The position numbers were made by a program, and so were the translations under genes. From the IMG/VR virus record IMGVR_UViG_3300044646_002092, positions 52,445 through 116,444 of that record: a stretch of 64,000 nucleotides of DNA. The stretch is one strand, 5' to 3'. Below are positions 1 to 9,239 of this stretch, in pieces. Source of the DNA: a virus. The notes below the pieces were generated by a model, which saw nothing but the letters and a program-made list of their open reading frames with translations, ran no database searches and was not told where the DNA came from. Every line of letters starts with the position of its first letter. Within the stretch, counting starts at the first letter, position 1.

Positions 1-569
1 AAACTTTTGGTAGGGGGTCTTTAGGATACACACAGGCTCATCAAAACAATGGTAAGCCTGTATTTGTCCGAAAAGACCACATCTCTTGCACAACTTATGC
101 ACATATCGACCTTGTTAATGCAGCTATCGGTAAAGTAAAATCTACTCTCACCGAGACTAGCAAGACATGGAAGACGCTCGATAAATTGCAAGATGCTATG
201 TTCAATATAGGCTCAATGATTTTCGATACTAAGTATGCCACTTATGAAGTAAATCTAAAGAATCTCATCTCCCGCATGGAGTCCAGAACTAGTGCTGTAA
301 ATACGACCCTAGAAGCGACTGAATTTGTTAAGTATGGACTAGACCCTATTCATGCTGATTGGGGTACGTTAACTACTCAAACAAGACTTGCAGAGACTGT
401 TTTTGTATCTTGGGTTCATACAAGCACTTTGGACGAAGAAACACTGACTCAGTATCAGTATGTTTTAGATTTACTCAATACAATGTCTAAGTGGACTTTT
501 GCGGAGAGTAGAGCTTATGCAGCTTCAAAGCAACTCAAAGAAAAAACTTGGGAAAGTAAAACCGAATGA
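1..569 (+). CDS. Hypothetical protein, 5'-partial
   Basis: The frame of ORF 186..569 has no stop back to position 3 (TFGRGSLGYTQAHQ...), so the gene starts upstream of the window. Confidence 0.7.
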   Translation, partial: TFGRGSLGYTQAHQNNGKPVFVRKDHISCTTYAHIDLVNAAIGKVKSTLTETSKTWKTLDKLQDAMFNIGSMIFDTKYATYEVNLKNLISRMESRTSAVNTTLEATEFVKYGLDPIHADWGTLTTQTRLAETVFVSWVHTSTLDEETLTQYQYVLDLLNTMSKWTFAESRAYAASKQLKEKTWESKTE

Positions 570-811
570 GATTCTTCAACTACCGCTTCCATCAACGAGA
601 TGGTATTTCCAAAGCTAACTGGCATCCTCGCGCAATGAACAATTGGCGCAAACAAGGGCTTCCATTTATCGATTTTGGTACTCGCGTTGATTTTGGGCAG
701 CATCATCCAGAATGCCCTCCCAACTACAGCCAAGTGCGACTTCGGGTTGGAAACTGGCGGCTAACGCTTCATTTTAATTTTGTAAACTGCGAATACGATA
801 CATGGGGCTAA
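566..811 (+). CDS. Hypothetical protein (81 aa)
   Basis: ORF with ATGA-type overlap with the previous gene's stop; part of a tightly packed operon. Confidence 0.6.
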   Translation: MRFFNYRFHQRDGISKANWHPRAMNNWRKQGLPFIDFGTRVDFGQHHPECPPNYSQVRLRVGNWRLTLHFNFVNCEYDTWG

Positions 812-812
812 T

Positions 813-986
813 ATGTGGCAAACACTAAAAGATTTTCAAGACCAAATCGACAAGTACTACAAGATTAATGGGGAATACCCCAGAGAACTCCGACTGTCAC
901 TAAGAGTCCCTAGACCTAAAGGATTCCGCGCTTACTGTAATCGAATGAAAATCAAGGTAAACTATAGTCAATACCCTAGAAGATAA
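813..986 (+). CDS. Small hypothetical protein (57 aa, MWQTLKDFQDQIDKYYK...)
   Basis: Read manually; fills the gap exactly between flanking genes with 1-nt spacings. Confidence 0.65.
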   Translation: MWQTLKDFQDQIDKYYKINGEYPRELRLSLRVPRPKGFRAYCNRMKIKVNYSQYPRR

Positions 987-987
987 C

Positions 988-1461
988 ATGATTGACCCAA
1001 CTCAAGATGGTAAAACTCACATCAGGATTGATTCTAAGGCAGCAACTTTTATTGGCAAATTTCTCGCGCCTCGTACTCTTTGCGAATTAAATATGCCTGA
1101 AGGCAGATTCCTATGCGTAGCCGCTTACCAGTATCATCTAACTTGCAAAGAAGACAGCCGCCTTAACCGTGTTCATGATTGGGAAACTGAACTTCTTGCT
1201 ACTCAACTTCAATCACTTCCTCGAAAAGAGCAATTACCAGCCGCCGAACTTCAAGCGAAGCTGAAAAAAGCGCTCGACCAAAAAATCAAGTGGAGCGAAT
1301 ATTGGATGGAAGAGTTCACTGAATCAGAACTTCCTTTTCTGTACTATCATCTTGATGCTGAAGGTAATGTGGTTGATGAAAGTAGGAAATATCGTTGGTT
1401 GCTGAATCACTTAGAAGCAAGACGAAAACTATTACAACAGAGAAGAGACAACGCCGCATGA
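988..1461 (+). CDS. Conserved phage protein, possibly divergent NADAR-like fold
   Basis: N-terminal DG-x-THI-x-I-x-SK and C-terminal ES-x-LPF-x-YY...WL pattern match a widespread large-phage family as I recall it; the NADAR link is inference. Confidence 0.45.
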   Translation: MIDPTQDGKTHIRIDSKAATFIGKFLAPRTLCELNMPEGRFLCVAAYQYHLTCKEDSRLNRVHDWETELLATQLQSLPRKEQLPAAELQAKLKKALDQKIKWSEYWMEEFTESELPFLYYHLDAEGNVVDESRKYRWLLNHLEARRKLLQQRRDNAA

Positions 1462-1748
1462 ATCCATTACTCACCGAACAAGAGTGCCTAGATTTTATAA
1501 AAGTTTACTTATGTCAAGCAGTTACAAAATATTATTTTGAGTTAGGTTGGTATCCCCCTGAAGGTGCTGCTTTACCTGAGAGCTACGCAAGCCTTAATTT
1601 TGCTTTAAGGGATGATAGTGTGAAAATACTAGAGTCTGGTTGCTGCATGAAAGAAGCCCTCAACAATCTAGTAACTTATCTCAAGCACCCGTCAAACCAA
1701 CATTATAAAACTACTGACTTCACATTACCTGAATATAACCATGACTAA
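1458..1748 (+). CDS. Hypothetical protein
   Basis: ATG at 1458 overlaps the upstream stop; in frame with track ORF 1395..1748. Confidence 0.6.
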   Translation: MNPLLTEQECLDFIKVYLCQAVTKYYFELGWYPPEGAALPESYASLNFALRDDSVKILESGCCMKEALNNLVTYLKHPSNQHYKTTDFTLPEYNHD

Positions 1749-2628
1749 CTACACTTCCGCCGACCTTACATACGCTTTTCTATTGCAAGACATTCTGCGC
1801 TTCAACAATGTAGTAGAGACACGTAACCATTCGTGTTACTGCAATCCATTTCTTGATACCGTTACCTTTAACTCTCTACCTCTAATTACCGTTCGCAAGA
1901 CAGCTTGGAAGCTTGCTCTAACTGAGATGGAGTGGTTTATGTCGGGGTATAGAGAATGCCCCGAAAAATTATCTAAGTGGTGGGCTGGACAACTTAATCA
2001 TGATGGAGAGTACGTGGACGGATACTCACAGCAGTTTCGAGAGTCCAGTTACTTCAATAGAAAAGAAGATGATTTAGGAGGCTTCGACCAAATTGCTTAC
2101 ATTCTTGATGGTCTGAAAAATCACCAGCACTCTCGCCGTTTAGTTATGACATCTTGGAATACAGGTGAGATGGCTAACATCACGAAGACCAACAACAATC
2201 CTCAAACGCCTTCGACCTGCCATAGCACACTAATTCAGTTCTTTGTGGTTAATGGCGAACTGCACGTAAAACACTATCAAAGGTCTGCGGATACCTTACT
2301 TGGCGTTCCTTGCAATTGGGTTCAGCACTGGGCTTTGCTGACTTACTTCGCTTTCCACAGCAATCTAAAAGTTGGCTCACTTACTTGGGTATTTGGTGAT
2401 GCTCATATCTACAATGAAGAATCTCACATCGAAGCTGCTAATCAGATTATTAAAGTTCTTATGAATAGAAATAATTCTGGATTTGTCGAGCCTATAGAAC
2501 TTAACCTCGCCTATAATTACTCTGGTGAACTTGACTCATTTGGTACACCTCGCTTTGCTGCTGCTGACTTCACTATCGAAGGTGAAATTCCTAAACCAAC
2601 TGTATTGGCTAAACCTAAATTGTTGTAA
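1741..2628 (+). CDS. thyA: Thymidylate synthase (ThyA type)
   Basis: Catalytic P-x-x-CH motif (PSTCHS), YQRSAD..LGVPCN with the dUMP-specifying Asn, GDAHIY, RKTAWK..E..WF. Confidence 0.93.
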   Translation: MTNYTSADLTYAFLLQDILRFNNVVETRNHSCYCNPFLDTVTFNSLPLITVRKTAWKLALTEMEWFMSGYRECPEKLSKWWAGQLNHDGEYVDGYSQQFRESSYFNRKEDDLGGFDQIAYILDGLKNHQHSRRLVMTSWNTGEMANITKTNNNPQTPSTCHSTLIQFFVVNGELHVKHYQRSADTLLGVPCNWVQHWALLTYFAFHSNLKVGSLTWVFGDAHIYNEESHIEAANQIIKVLMNRNNSGFVEPIELNLAYNYSGELDSFGTPRFAAADFTIEGEIPKPTVLAKPKLL

Positions 2629-2658
2629 TTTACTCCTTTAGATAGATACAATCAATAG

Positions 2659-2697
2659 TTACATGATGTTAACTTTAAGACAGTAAACATCATGTAA
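2659..2697. promoter_or_regulatory. Perfect 12-bp inverted repeat (TTACATGATGTT-N15-AACATCATGTAA)
   Basis: Seen directly in the intergenic region after thyA; possible terminator or operator. Confidence 0.55.
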
Positions 2698-2796
2698 TTT
2701 TTTCATGTTAACTTTTTTAATAGCTACATTTGGTACTGCTTTTATATGTTGGCTAATTTCATTAGCTTGTGGCACTGAAGGAAATGGTAAGTCTTA

Positions 2797-3405
2797 ATGG
2801 TAAAACATGACATTCGCCTCAGAACCGCCAATATTATTCGTCAACTAGATTATCCACAAATCCGCCTAAAACGCCTAGACATCGATAAGGTACGCAATTG
2901 GTGTTACGTCAATATTCCTAAAGCAGTTTCTAGATTTAAAGATAATCGTTTCGACTTAAACGAAGCAACAACTTGGGAAGAGCTTTGCGCTTATAATACC
3001 ATCTTACAAATCTATGGTCGTAAAGTGGCTGTGTACTTCACTTTTGGATGGCTTGATTATCAGGGGGTAAAAGAGTTCATAGCTTCGCGTAAGGGGGCAA
3101 AGTTTCGTCAAGAGTTTGGGCTTGACCATCACAGTGCAATCTTACTATCTCCTCAAACTTTCTTTTCTGCCGAGTCGTTAGATGAATTTTGGGTGAGTTT
3201 TGACTTAAAAGGGGGTAAAGGGTATAACTTTCTAGACTATTCACATTATAATGACGATGAAGATATGGATTCATCTCAATATGATTGGCTCAATGAAGCC
3301 CTAGCTGAACAAGAGAATGAAAAAATAAAGAATCCTTACGAGGATTTGAATCGCCGTACTAGTACCAAGACTAAACAGAAAAAAAATGTCTCTATTACCA
3401 ACTAA
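2797..3405 (+). CDS. Hypothetical protein (202 aa)
   Basis: Long ORF in the operon direction. Confidence 0.7.
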   Translation: MVKHDIRLRTANIIRQLDYPQIRLKRLDIDKVRNWCYVNIPKAVSRFKDNRFDLNEATTWEELCAYNTILQIYGRKVAVYFTFGWLDYQGVKEFIASRKGAKFRQEFGLDHHSAILLSPQTFFSAESLDEFWVSFDLKGGKGYNFLDYSHYNDDEDMDSSQYDWLNEALAEQENEKIKNPYEDLNRRTSTKTKQKKNVSITN

Positions 3406-3790
3406 AAAATACGCCCGAATCCCGCAGCATCAGCCTGAACTTGTTGCAGTCAAAAAAGAACCTCCGACACTCGTTGAAGTGCTTGAAAATGAAGGGTATG
3501 ACCTTCAACATGAACTCAATCAAATTGAGGAAGCTAAGAGCCGAGAACGTGACCTGAGATTGCGGCTTAACGTAGTCCAACAATCACTACAAGCATTTCG
3601 TGCCTTGGAAGCTGCGCCCGAACCTGTACAAGAACAATCCGCACCTGCGCCTATCGTCAAAAATGTTCGGAAAGCCGCCACTAGAAAGACGGCAAGACCT
3701 ACCCAAAGTAGTGTTGCACCAGAGCCAACTGTGAGCGATACTGAAAATATTGAACTTGTACACGATGATTTTTCAACTTTTCCTGACTAA
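3386..3790 (+). CDS. Hypothetical coiled-coil protein
   Basis: Heptad-rich middle (LQHELNQIEEAKSRERDLRLRLNVVQQSL) and a low-complexity tail. Confidence 0.7.
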   Translation: MSLLPTKKYARIPQHQPELVAVKKEPPTLVEVLENEGYDLQHELNQIEEAKSRERDLRLRLNVVQQSLQAFRALEAAPEPVQEQSAPAPIVKNVRKAATRKTARPTQSSVAPEPTVSDTENIELVHDDFSTFPD

Positions 3791-3798
3791 TAACTAAT

Positions 3799-4290
3799 AT
3801 GACCAACAATAGTTTTTATTTTTCTGACCTGATTGGTATTCCAGTAACCGCAGCATATTCAAAAGCAGCTAGAGACAAAGAACTGAAGCAATTATCCGAT
3901 GCTTTGTATTCTGCACTGACTTCCTCCCCCCCTAAAAAAGAGAAGTTTCTCGAACCTGTAACTATTTTCCATAACGACGCAAGGTTAACCAGAGTGAAGC
4001 CTGAAAATTCTCAGTATTACGAAGATGCTAAAGAGTTTTATGTTTCTCTCGGCATTTTCGACCTCGACCCCAGTTCTGCTGTTGTCACTGTCACCAAAGA
4101 CAACAAACTTGAACTAACTTGGACTGAACGTGCAGGCAAAGGGAAATTCTTTAGTAAAATTCCTAGCTATCTAGTTGCTACTTCAGCGCCTGTATTGAGT
4201 TATGAAGGCGGTGTTCTCGATATTCGAGTCAATGTGAAGTCCCGAAGCGAAAATGATGTGGTATTTGTCGGTAAGCTTGAATCGAAGTAG
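3799..4290 (+). CDS. Small heat-shock (Hsp20/alpha-crystallin)-like protein, divergent
   Basis: F-x-V-x-L-G...V-x-V...L-x-L-x-W and C-terminal LSYEGGVLDIRV resemble the Hsp20 A-x-Y-x-x-GVL-x-I motif; Hsp20 is common in cyanophages. Confidence 0.6.
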   Translation: MTNNSFYFSDLIGIPVTAAYSKAARDKELKQLSDALYSALTSSPPKKEKFLEPVTIFHNDARLTRVKPENSQYYEDAKEFYVSLGIFDLDPSSAVVTVTKDNKLELTWTERAGKGKFFSKIPSYLVATSAPVLSYEGGVLDIRVNVKSRSENDVVFVGKLESK

Positions 4291-4351
4291 TAAAGAGTTA
4301 CGAAAACTAATTCTCCCTATCTTTATTGAAAGGGTAAAGCAACAAATTTAT

Positions 4352-4380
4352 AGGGGACGCTGCGGTGTCCCTTTTCTTTT
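4352..4380 (+). terminator. Rho-independent terminator
   Basis: Stem AGGGGACGC/GTGTCCCTT followed by a T-tract. Confidence 0.8.
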
Positions 4381-4394
4381 ACTAAGGAGTAACC

Positions 4395-4523
4395 ATGTTC
4401 AATTTTGACCAACTCTACAAATTGATGCTTGAGTATCTACTAATAGTAGTATTGACTATTCTTGGTCTTCAAGTTACACTTCTGTTTGTTAAAACTATTT
4501 GGGATTTATACAATTATGGCTGA
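4395..4523 (+). CDS. Small single-TM membrane protein (42 aa)
   Basis: AAGGAG ribosome-binding site; MFNFDQLYKLMLEYLLIVVLTILGLQVTLLFVKTIWDLYNYG; below the ORF-track size cutoff. Confidence 0.65.
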   Translation: MFNFDQLYKLMLEYLLIVVLTILGLQVTLLFVKTIWDLYNYG

Positions 4524-4944
4524 CCCTCGCCGTTACAGTATCTCAATCATCGAAAACTTTTCAGACAAATCACTACACGAAATTGCACTTGTCGTTACTG
4601 AATCTGTATTTTACATTAAACCAGACGAATTTATTTTAGGGCAAACTAAGGAACTTACACTTGGCACTGAATTTTTATATACCGAAGAGCCTATTACTTG
4701 GCGCGAAGCAGAAAAAGAACTTGCGCCAGCTTTTCGAGATTTTCCTGATGCTTGCTTCTGTGTTTTTGTCAGTGATGGTGAAGATGGCGGTCAATATCGT
4801 ACATTGTTCTTCAACGGTAAGGCAGTGACGCAGTACCCTGAAATTCGTTATCCAGAGTTTCGCTTGAATGAGTTTGAATACGAGACTTCGAGCAAGAAGA
4901 GTTTGTTTAGAGATATTATTTTGGAGAGCGTACAGGATGCTTAA
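4516..4944 (+). CDS. Hypothetical phage protein
   Basis: Probable start ATG 4516 (MADPRR); the F-x-V...GEDGG..R..F.NGK pattern is typical of a common phage family. Confidence 0.65.
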   Translation: MADPRRYSISIIENFSDKSLHEIALVVTESVFYIKPDEFILGQTKELTLGTEFLYTEEPITWREAEKELAPAFRDFPDACFCVFVSDGEDGGQYRTLFFNGKAVTQYPEIRYPEFRLNEFEYETSSKKSLFRDIILESVQDA

Positions 4945-5413
4945 ATCGATGCCTCAAGGCGCTAACATTCTCGACGTTGACTTAACTAAGCCTGAGAACT
5001 GCATCTTTGTACCTGTGAACTGTGTAGGGGTGATGGGTAAAGGTTTGGCGCTCGACTTCAAGAAAAAATATCCCGATTTAGTTTGGCAATACAACAATCT
5101 TTGTGAAAAGAATTATCTTAGAGTGGGTTTCCCTGAGTTTATTTCTTTTGATGGCTCATTTTTAAATATTGTCCTTTTCCCAACTAAAAAACATTGGAAG
5201 GACTTATCTCAACTTCATTGGATTAAGCAGGGATTAATAGAATTAGCTACAAGCCCTAACTTAGACTTTCAGCATTGGCGCAAACAAACTCGCAACCTAC
5301 ATATACCTAAACTTGGTTGTGGTCTTGGTGGTCTTAATTGGGCTGATGTACGCCCTTTGATTGAACAGTTTGCAGAAATGATGCCTGAACATGAGGTGTA
5401 TTTATATGAATAG
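4937..5413 (+). CDS. Macrodomain ADP-ribosylhydrolase (DarG/TARG1/Poa1p-like)
   Basis: PVNCVGVMGKGLALDFKKKYP, FPTKKHW and IPKLGCGLGGLNWADV are the diagnostic motifs of this macrodomain subfamily. Confidence 0.9.
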   Translation: MLKSMPQGANILDVDLTKPENCIFVPVNCVGVMGKGLALDFKKKYPDLVWQYNNLCEKNYLRVGFPEFISFDGSFLNIVLFPTKKHWKDLSQLHWIKQGLIELATSPNLDFQHWRKQTRNLHIPKLGCGLGGLNWADVRPLIEQFAEMMPEHEVYLYE

Positions 5414-5416
5414 AAT

Positions 5417-5866
5417 ATGTTAGGAAGTTTACCAACTGAACCAGAAGAAGTTAAGTTAGCCATCATTGATGATGAACTTAATAAACTTTATATTGATACT
5501 CAACATCTATTACAGAAATACAGTTCTCTTGTTTCTGAAAATACCCCACTCCTAATCAACCAAATTAAAAAAGCTCTCAAAGATTTAGACTTTATTTTTG
5601 AAAATCTGAGTCTCGAAAGTGAGGATTGGAAAGTAAGTTCCTGTAAGCGGGAGTACAAATACTGGTACAAACAATTTACACATTTCGATGAGCTACTTAT
5701 TCCCGAAGTTATTGAAAAATATCTTGAAGAGGAGTTGGAAAAAGAAAGGCAAAGAGAATTAGAACGTGAAAAACGTTACCAACTACAAAAAGAAGAGGTT
5801 GAAAAAGCAAAATTAAATAATAGATGGATTGACGAAATGCGCCGTACCCACTACAATACTTTTTAG
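5417..5866 (+). CDS. Hypothetical protein
   Basis: ORF in the operon; charged helical C-terminus. Confidence 0.65.
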   Translation: MLGSLPTEPEEVKLAIIDDELNKLYIDTQHLLQKYSSLVSENTPLLINQIKKALKDLDFIFENLSLESEDWKVSSCKREYKYWYKQFTHFDELLIPEVIEKYLEEELEKERQRELEREKRYQLQKEEVEKAKLNNRWIDEMRRTHYNTF

Positions 5867-5887
5867 TAATACTTAAGGAGCAAAAAG

Positions 5888-6169
5888 ATGTCACGCACCA
5901 AGAAGCACAGAGACTTGTTTTTTCTTCAGTTTCTTCACAAACTTATCAAGTCCATCGGTAGCCCTTTTACCCATCCTCGCGCATCTCGTTGGGCTAAAGT
6001 ACGTAGCAGAGTCAGCAGACAGTATGGAGGCTCTAACTGGGGCGATAATCAGCGTGTAGATACCAAATACAACTTCACACCCAAACATCGTGCAATGAAG
6101 CGTGCAGCCCGTCGAGAAGCTTTGGAGCAAGCACAGCAACAACTTGAAGAATACGAATATGGAGACTAA
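5888..6169 (+). CDS. Basic hypothetical protein
   Basis: AAGGAG RBS upstream. Confidence 0.65.
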   Translation: MSRTKKHRDLFFLQFLHKLIKSIGSPFTHPRASRWAKVRSRVSRQYGGSNWGDNQRVDTKYNFTPKHRAMKRAARREALEQAQQQLEEYEYGD

Positions 6170-6464
6170 CCTGCGTTGGCAAGATAATGGACAATTTTCT
6201 TACGCTTGGTTCGGTATTACTAAGCTCAGCGTCGAGTATGAAGGGTCTATGCATCCAAGAGGCTCAGATTTACCTACTGGCTACCGAGTAAGCGTAGAAG
6301 GTTACAAAAAACGCGAACTCAAGCATCTTTTCTCTAAGCGAGACAATGCAAAAATTGCTGCTGAACGTCTACTCTGGAAAATTGTAAACGAAATGCACCA
6401 AGACCTATCTCAATATTCTTGGGATACGCACAACAAAGAAGAAGTTAAATGGGTGGTGAGATGA
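6159..6464 (+). CDS. Hypothetical protein
   Basis: Probable start ATG 6159 (METNLRWQ), overlapping the previous gene's end. Confidence 0.6.
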   Translation: METNLRWQDNGQFSYAWFGITKLSVEYEGSMHPRGSDLPTGYRVSVEGYKKRELKHLFSKRDNAKIAAERLLWKIVNEMHQDLSQYSWDTHNKEEVKWVVR

Positions 6465-6703
6465 TTAAATTACCGCCAAGGTTCAAAATTTTCCACAATG
6501 TTAGCGAGGACTATTACTTCATCAAAGAACGATTCTGTTTCTTTTGGTATATGACAGAAAGGGATATTATTGCTTACGATGGTTCTACAGTAATAACTCG
6601 TTACGAGAGTGTTGAAGCTGCCGAAACTGTAATCGACCAATGGCTCCGTAATAAAAAACAATCCAAAACACCTGATGAAATCAAACTGGTAAAAGAACTA
6701 TGA
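6461..6703 (+). CDS. Hypothetical protein
   Basis: ATGA-type overlaps at both ends. Confidence 0.6.
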   Translation: MIKLPPRFKIFHNVSEDYYFIKERFCFFWYMTERDIIAYDGSTVITRYESVEAAETVIDQWLRNKKQSKTPDEIKLVKEL

Positions 6704-7830
6704 CCAACGCAGTCGAAATCGTAACAATCTCTCGCATCATCCCTATCTATAAAAATGGCGAAGAAGCCTCATCAATCCAAGTCGTTAACTTCAATTTTGC
6801 CAATGGCGATGAATGTGGTTATAACGTTGTCTCACAAAAAGGCATCTATCAAGTAGGCTAAAAGGCTGTATACATCCAACCTGACTACTGCTTACCTGAT
6901 TCTTCTTTGTTCACAAGCTTCACAGCCCCAAACGGCGACCCCAACAAATCCAGACTTGGACGCAACAATCGCATTCGGGCGCTCAAGTTCAATTTCAGCT
7001 TTGAGAATAGTAGCGACCCAATCTATTCCGTCGGCATCTTACTGAATACAAACGAGCTGCCTATCGAGTTACTTGCGGCTGAAGACCTCGCAGCAGCTTT
7101 GGGCATCACTAAGTACGAAGAACCAGAGAAAGGCGCTACAGGTCAAACCAGAGGCACACTGCCTTCTTTTTTGTACTCTACTGATGAAGAAAATTGTGCG
7201 AATCTCAAATCCCACATCAATCGTGTTCTTGAAAGTGGGGCAGAAGTTGCTTACACTATTAAAGTTGACGGAAGCTCATTCACTGAGTATTTCAAGAAAG
7301 ATGCTGAAGGCAATTGGTACACAGGTATTTGCTCTCGCTCGTTAGAGAAGAAAATTACTGATGACACTGCTGATAGTTGGGTCAAACTGGCTAAGTCTTC
7401 TGGATTGTACGAGCGTGGCATGGAATATTGCAAGAAGCACAACGTCGAGTTGGCGTTTCGGGGAGAAATCTATGGTCAGGGCTTGAAAGGTAGCGGCAAT
7501 AAGCTGAATCCAGATGCTAATAAGAAGCAAGGACTAATTCTTTTCGGTATCGATAACTTATCAAGTGGTTTTGCTACTCGAATCCATTATGGTCAGCCTC
7601 ACAATCTTGAACTTGTTTGCGACGAACTGCAACTCCAATATACTCCTTTAGTAAGGTTTTTCTCCCAATTTCGCCCCAAAAATTACGACGAACTAATCTC
7701 GTTTGCTTCTGATGTTTTTAAAAGAGAAAAAGAAGCTGGTCGAGTCGTTGAGGGTATTGTCGTTCGCACACTTTACTCAAACGATTTGTCGGTCAAGGTC
7801 ATGAACCCATACTACGACAGCAAAAAATAA
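6700..7830 (+). pseudogene. RNA ligase (Rnl2/DRB0094-like) interrupted by an in-frame TAA at 6859-6861
   Basis: ATG 6700 is in frame with track ORF 6907..7830; YNVVSQKGIYQVG*KAVYIQPDYCLP matches the family's N-terminal domain; motif I (TIKVDGSS), RGEIYG, EGIVVR and a C-terminal K are present. Confidence 0.8.
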
Positions 7831-7854
7831 TACTAGATGTACTTCGCTAGGTAG

Positions 7855-7884
7855 AGGACAAAAAACTATACTTTTGCATATAAT
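7855..7884 (+). promoter_or_regulatory. Sigma70-like promoter upstream of the omegaRNA guide
   Basis: TATAAT at 7879-7884, with AGGACA 18 nt upstream. Confidence 0.55.
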
Positions 7885-7902
7885 AAAGAAATGAACCCTG
7901 AG

Positions 7903-8117
7903 TTTCACTAACCCTACTTTTTAAAATAGGGATTAACCTAATCAGTTAGGTTAACGTAAGAAGCGAATAGCTCATTGAGACTTGATTTGGTACAGACTTC
8001 CGAATGCTTCTCTAGTTCGGATTATCTCTAAACCTGATTGTTCAGGTGTTGGGTAAAGCCAAGACATCTTAATCAAGTTGAGCGAGGAGACTTAAACAAT
8101 TTTGGGTTATACCAACA
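7903..8117 (+). ncRNA. omegaRNA (HEARO-type) scaffold of IsrB
   Basis: Directly upstream of isrB; opening hairpin (ACCCTACTTT/AAAATAGGGAT), ACTTCCGAATGCTTCTCTAGTTCGGA hairpin and GCGAGGAGAC segment typical of HEARO/omegaRNAs; boundaries approximate. Confidence 0.8.
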
Positions 8118-9215
8118 ATGCGTATTCCAGTAGTAGATACAAATCATCAACCCTTAATGCCTACTACACCCGCGAGAGCTAGAAAGTGGATTGAATCTGG
8201 CAAAGCGGTAAAACGTTGGTCAGATTGTGGTCAGTTCTACGTTCAGCTACAAGTAGAGCCATCTGGAAAAGAAAAGCAAGCTATTGTCATCGGGCTTGAT
8301 TCAGGCAAGAAATATTCAGGTATAGGTGTGCAATCTGCAAAATTCACTTTATACTCAACCCATTTAAAATTACCATTTCAGATGGTGAGGAATCGGATGG
8401 AACTAAGAGGGTTATTGCGAAGAAGTCGTCGGGGTCGCAGAATTAATCGCAAGGTAAAGTTCTCAAAACGCGCTCATAGACAATTAAGGTTCTCGAACCG
8501 CAGGAAAACTAAACTAGCCCCGTCAATCCGTTCTAATCGGCAACTAGAACTTCGTATTATATCCGAATTGTGTAAGATTTTTCCAATCAGCGCAATTAGA
8601 TATGAATATGTAAAAGCAGACATAGATTTAACTAGTGGACGCAAAAAAGCAAGGTCAGGTAAAAGTTTTTCTCCTGTTATGGTCGGTCAGAAATGGTTGA
8701 TTGAACAGTTAAATAAATTCGCCACCACTACCACTATTTTTGGCTATCAAACATCCCTAGTACGTTCTCACCTCGGTTTGGTAAAAAATAAAAATGATAA
8801 ATCAAAACCTTGCTTTGAGACACACGCTGTTGATGGAGTAGCTATTGCTTGCTCCCATTTTGTAGAGTATAAAAAATACCATAAACAAGGAGAGGATGGA
8901 GCAGATTGGGTTGGTGCAGTCAGTGTTACTAAAGCTTCTTTTTTTGTAATTCGCAGACCATCTTTTTCTCGTCGCCAATTACATTTGATAATACCAATTA
9001 AAGGTGGTGTTAGGCATAAATATGGAGGCTCTACTACCCGACACGGTTTCCGTAAGGGAGATTTAGTAAGCTCCCCTAAAGGTATTGGCTATATTAGTGG
9101 CGATACTGTAAAAGCCGTATCTGTTAGCGATTTCAACTGGAAAAGATTAGGGCAAATAGCCCCCAGTAAAATTAGATTGATACACCGTTCAAATGGGTTA
9201 GTTGTTACTTCCTAA
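8118..9215 (+). CDS. isrB: IsrB RNA-guided nickase (IS200/IS605 OMEGA; RRXRR family)
   Basis: N-terminal PLMP domain (QPLMPTTPARAR), RuvC-I GLDSG, Arg-rich bridge helix (LRRSRRGRR), RuvC-II YEYV, RuvC-III HAVD; no HNH insertion; 365 aa. Confidence 0.88.
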   Translation: MRIPVVDTNHQPLMPTTPARARKWIESGKAVKRWSDCGQFYVQLQVEPSGKEKQAIVIGLDSGKKYSGIGVQSAKFTLYSTHLKLPFQMVRNRMELRGLLRRSRRGRRINRKVKFSKRAHRQLRFSNRRKTKLAPSIRSNRQLELRIISELCKIFPISAIRYEYVKADIDLTSGRKKARSGKSFSPVMVGQKWLIEQLNKFATTTTIFGYQTSLVRSHLGLVKNKNDKSKPCFETHAVDGVAIACSHFVEYKKYHKQGEDGADWVGAVSVTKASFFVIRRPSFSRRQLHLIIPIKGGVRHKYGGSTTRHGFRKGDLVSSPKGIGYISGDTVKAVSVSDFNWKRLGQIAPSKIRLIHRSNGLVVTS

Positions 9216-9239
9216 GTTAATACGACAGTAAGAAATAAT

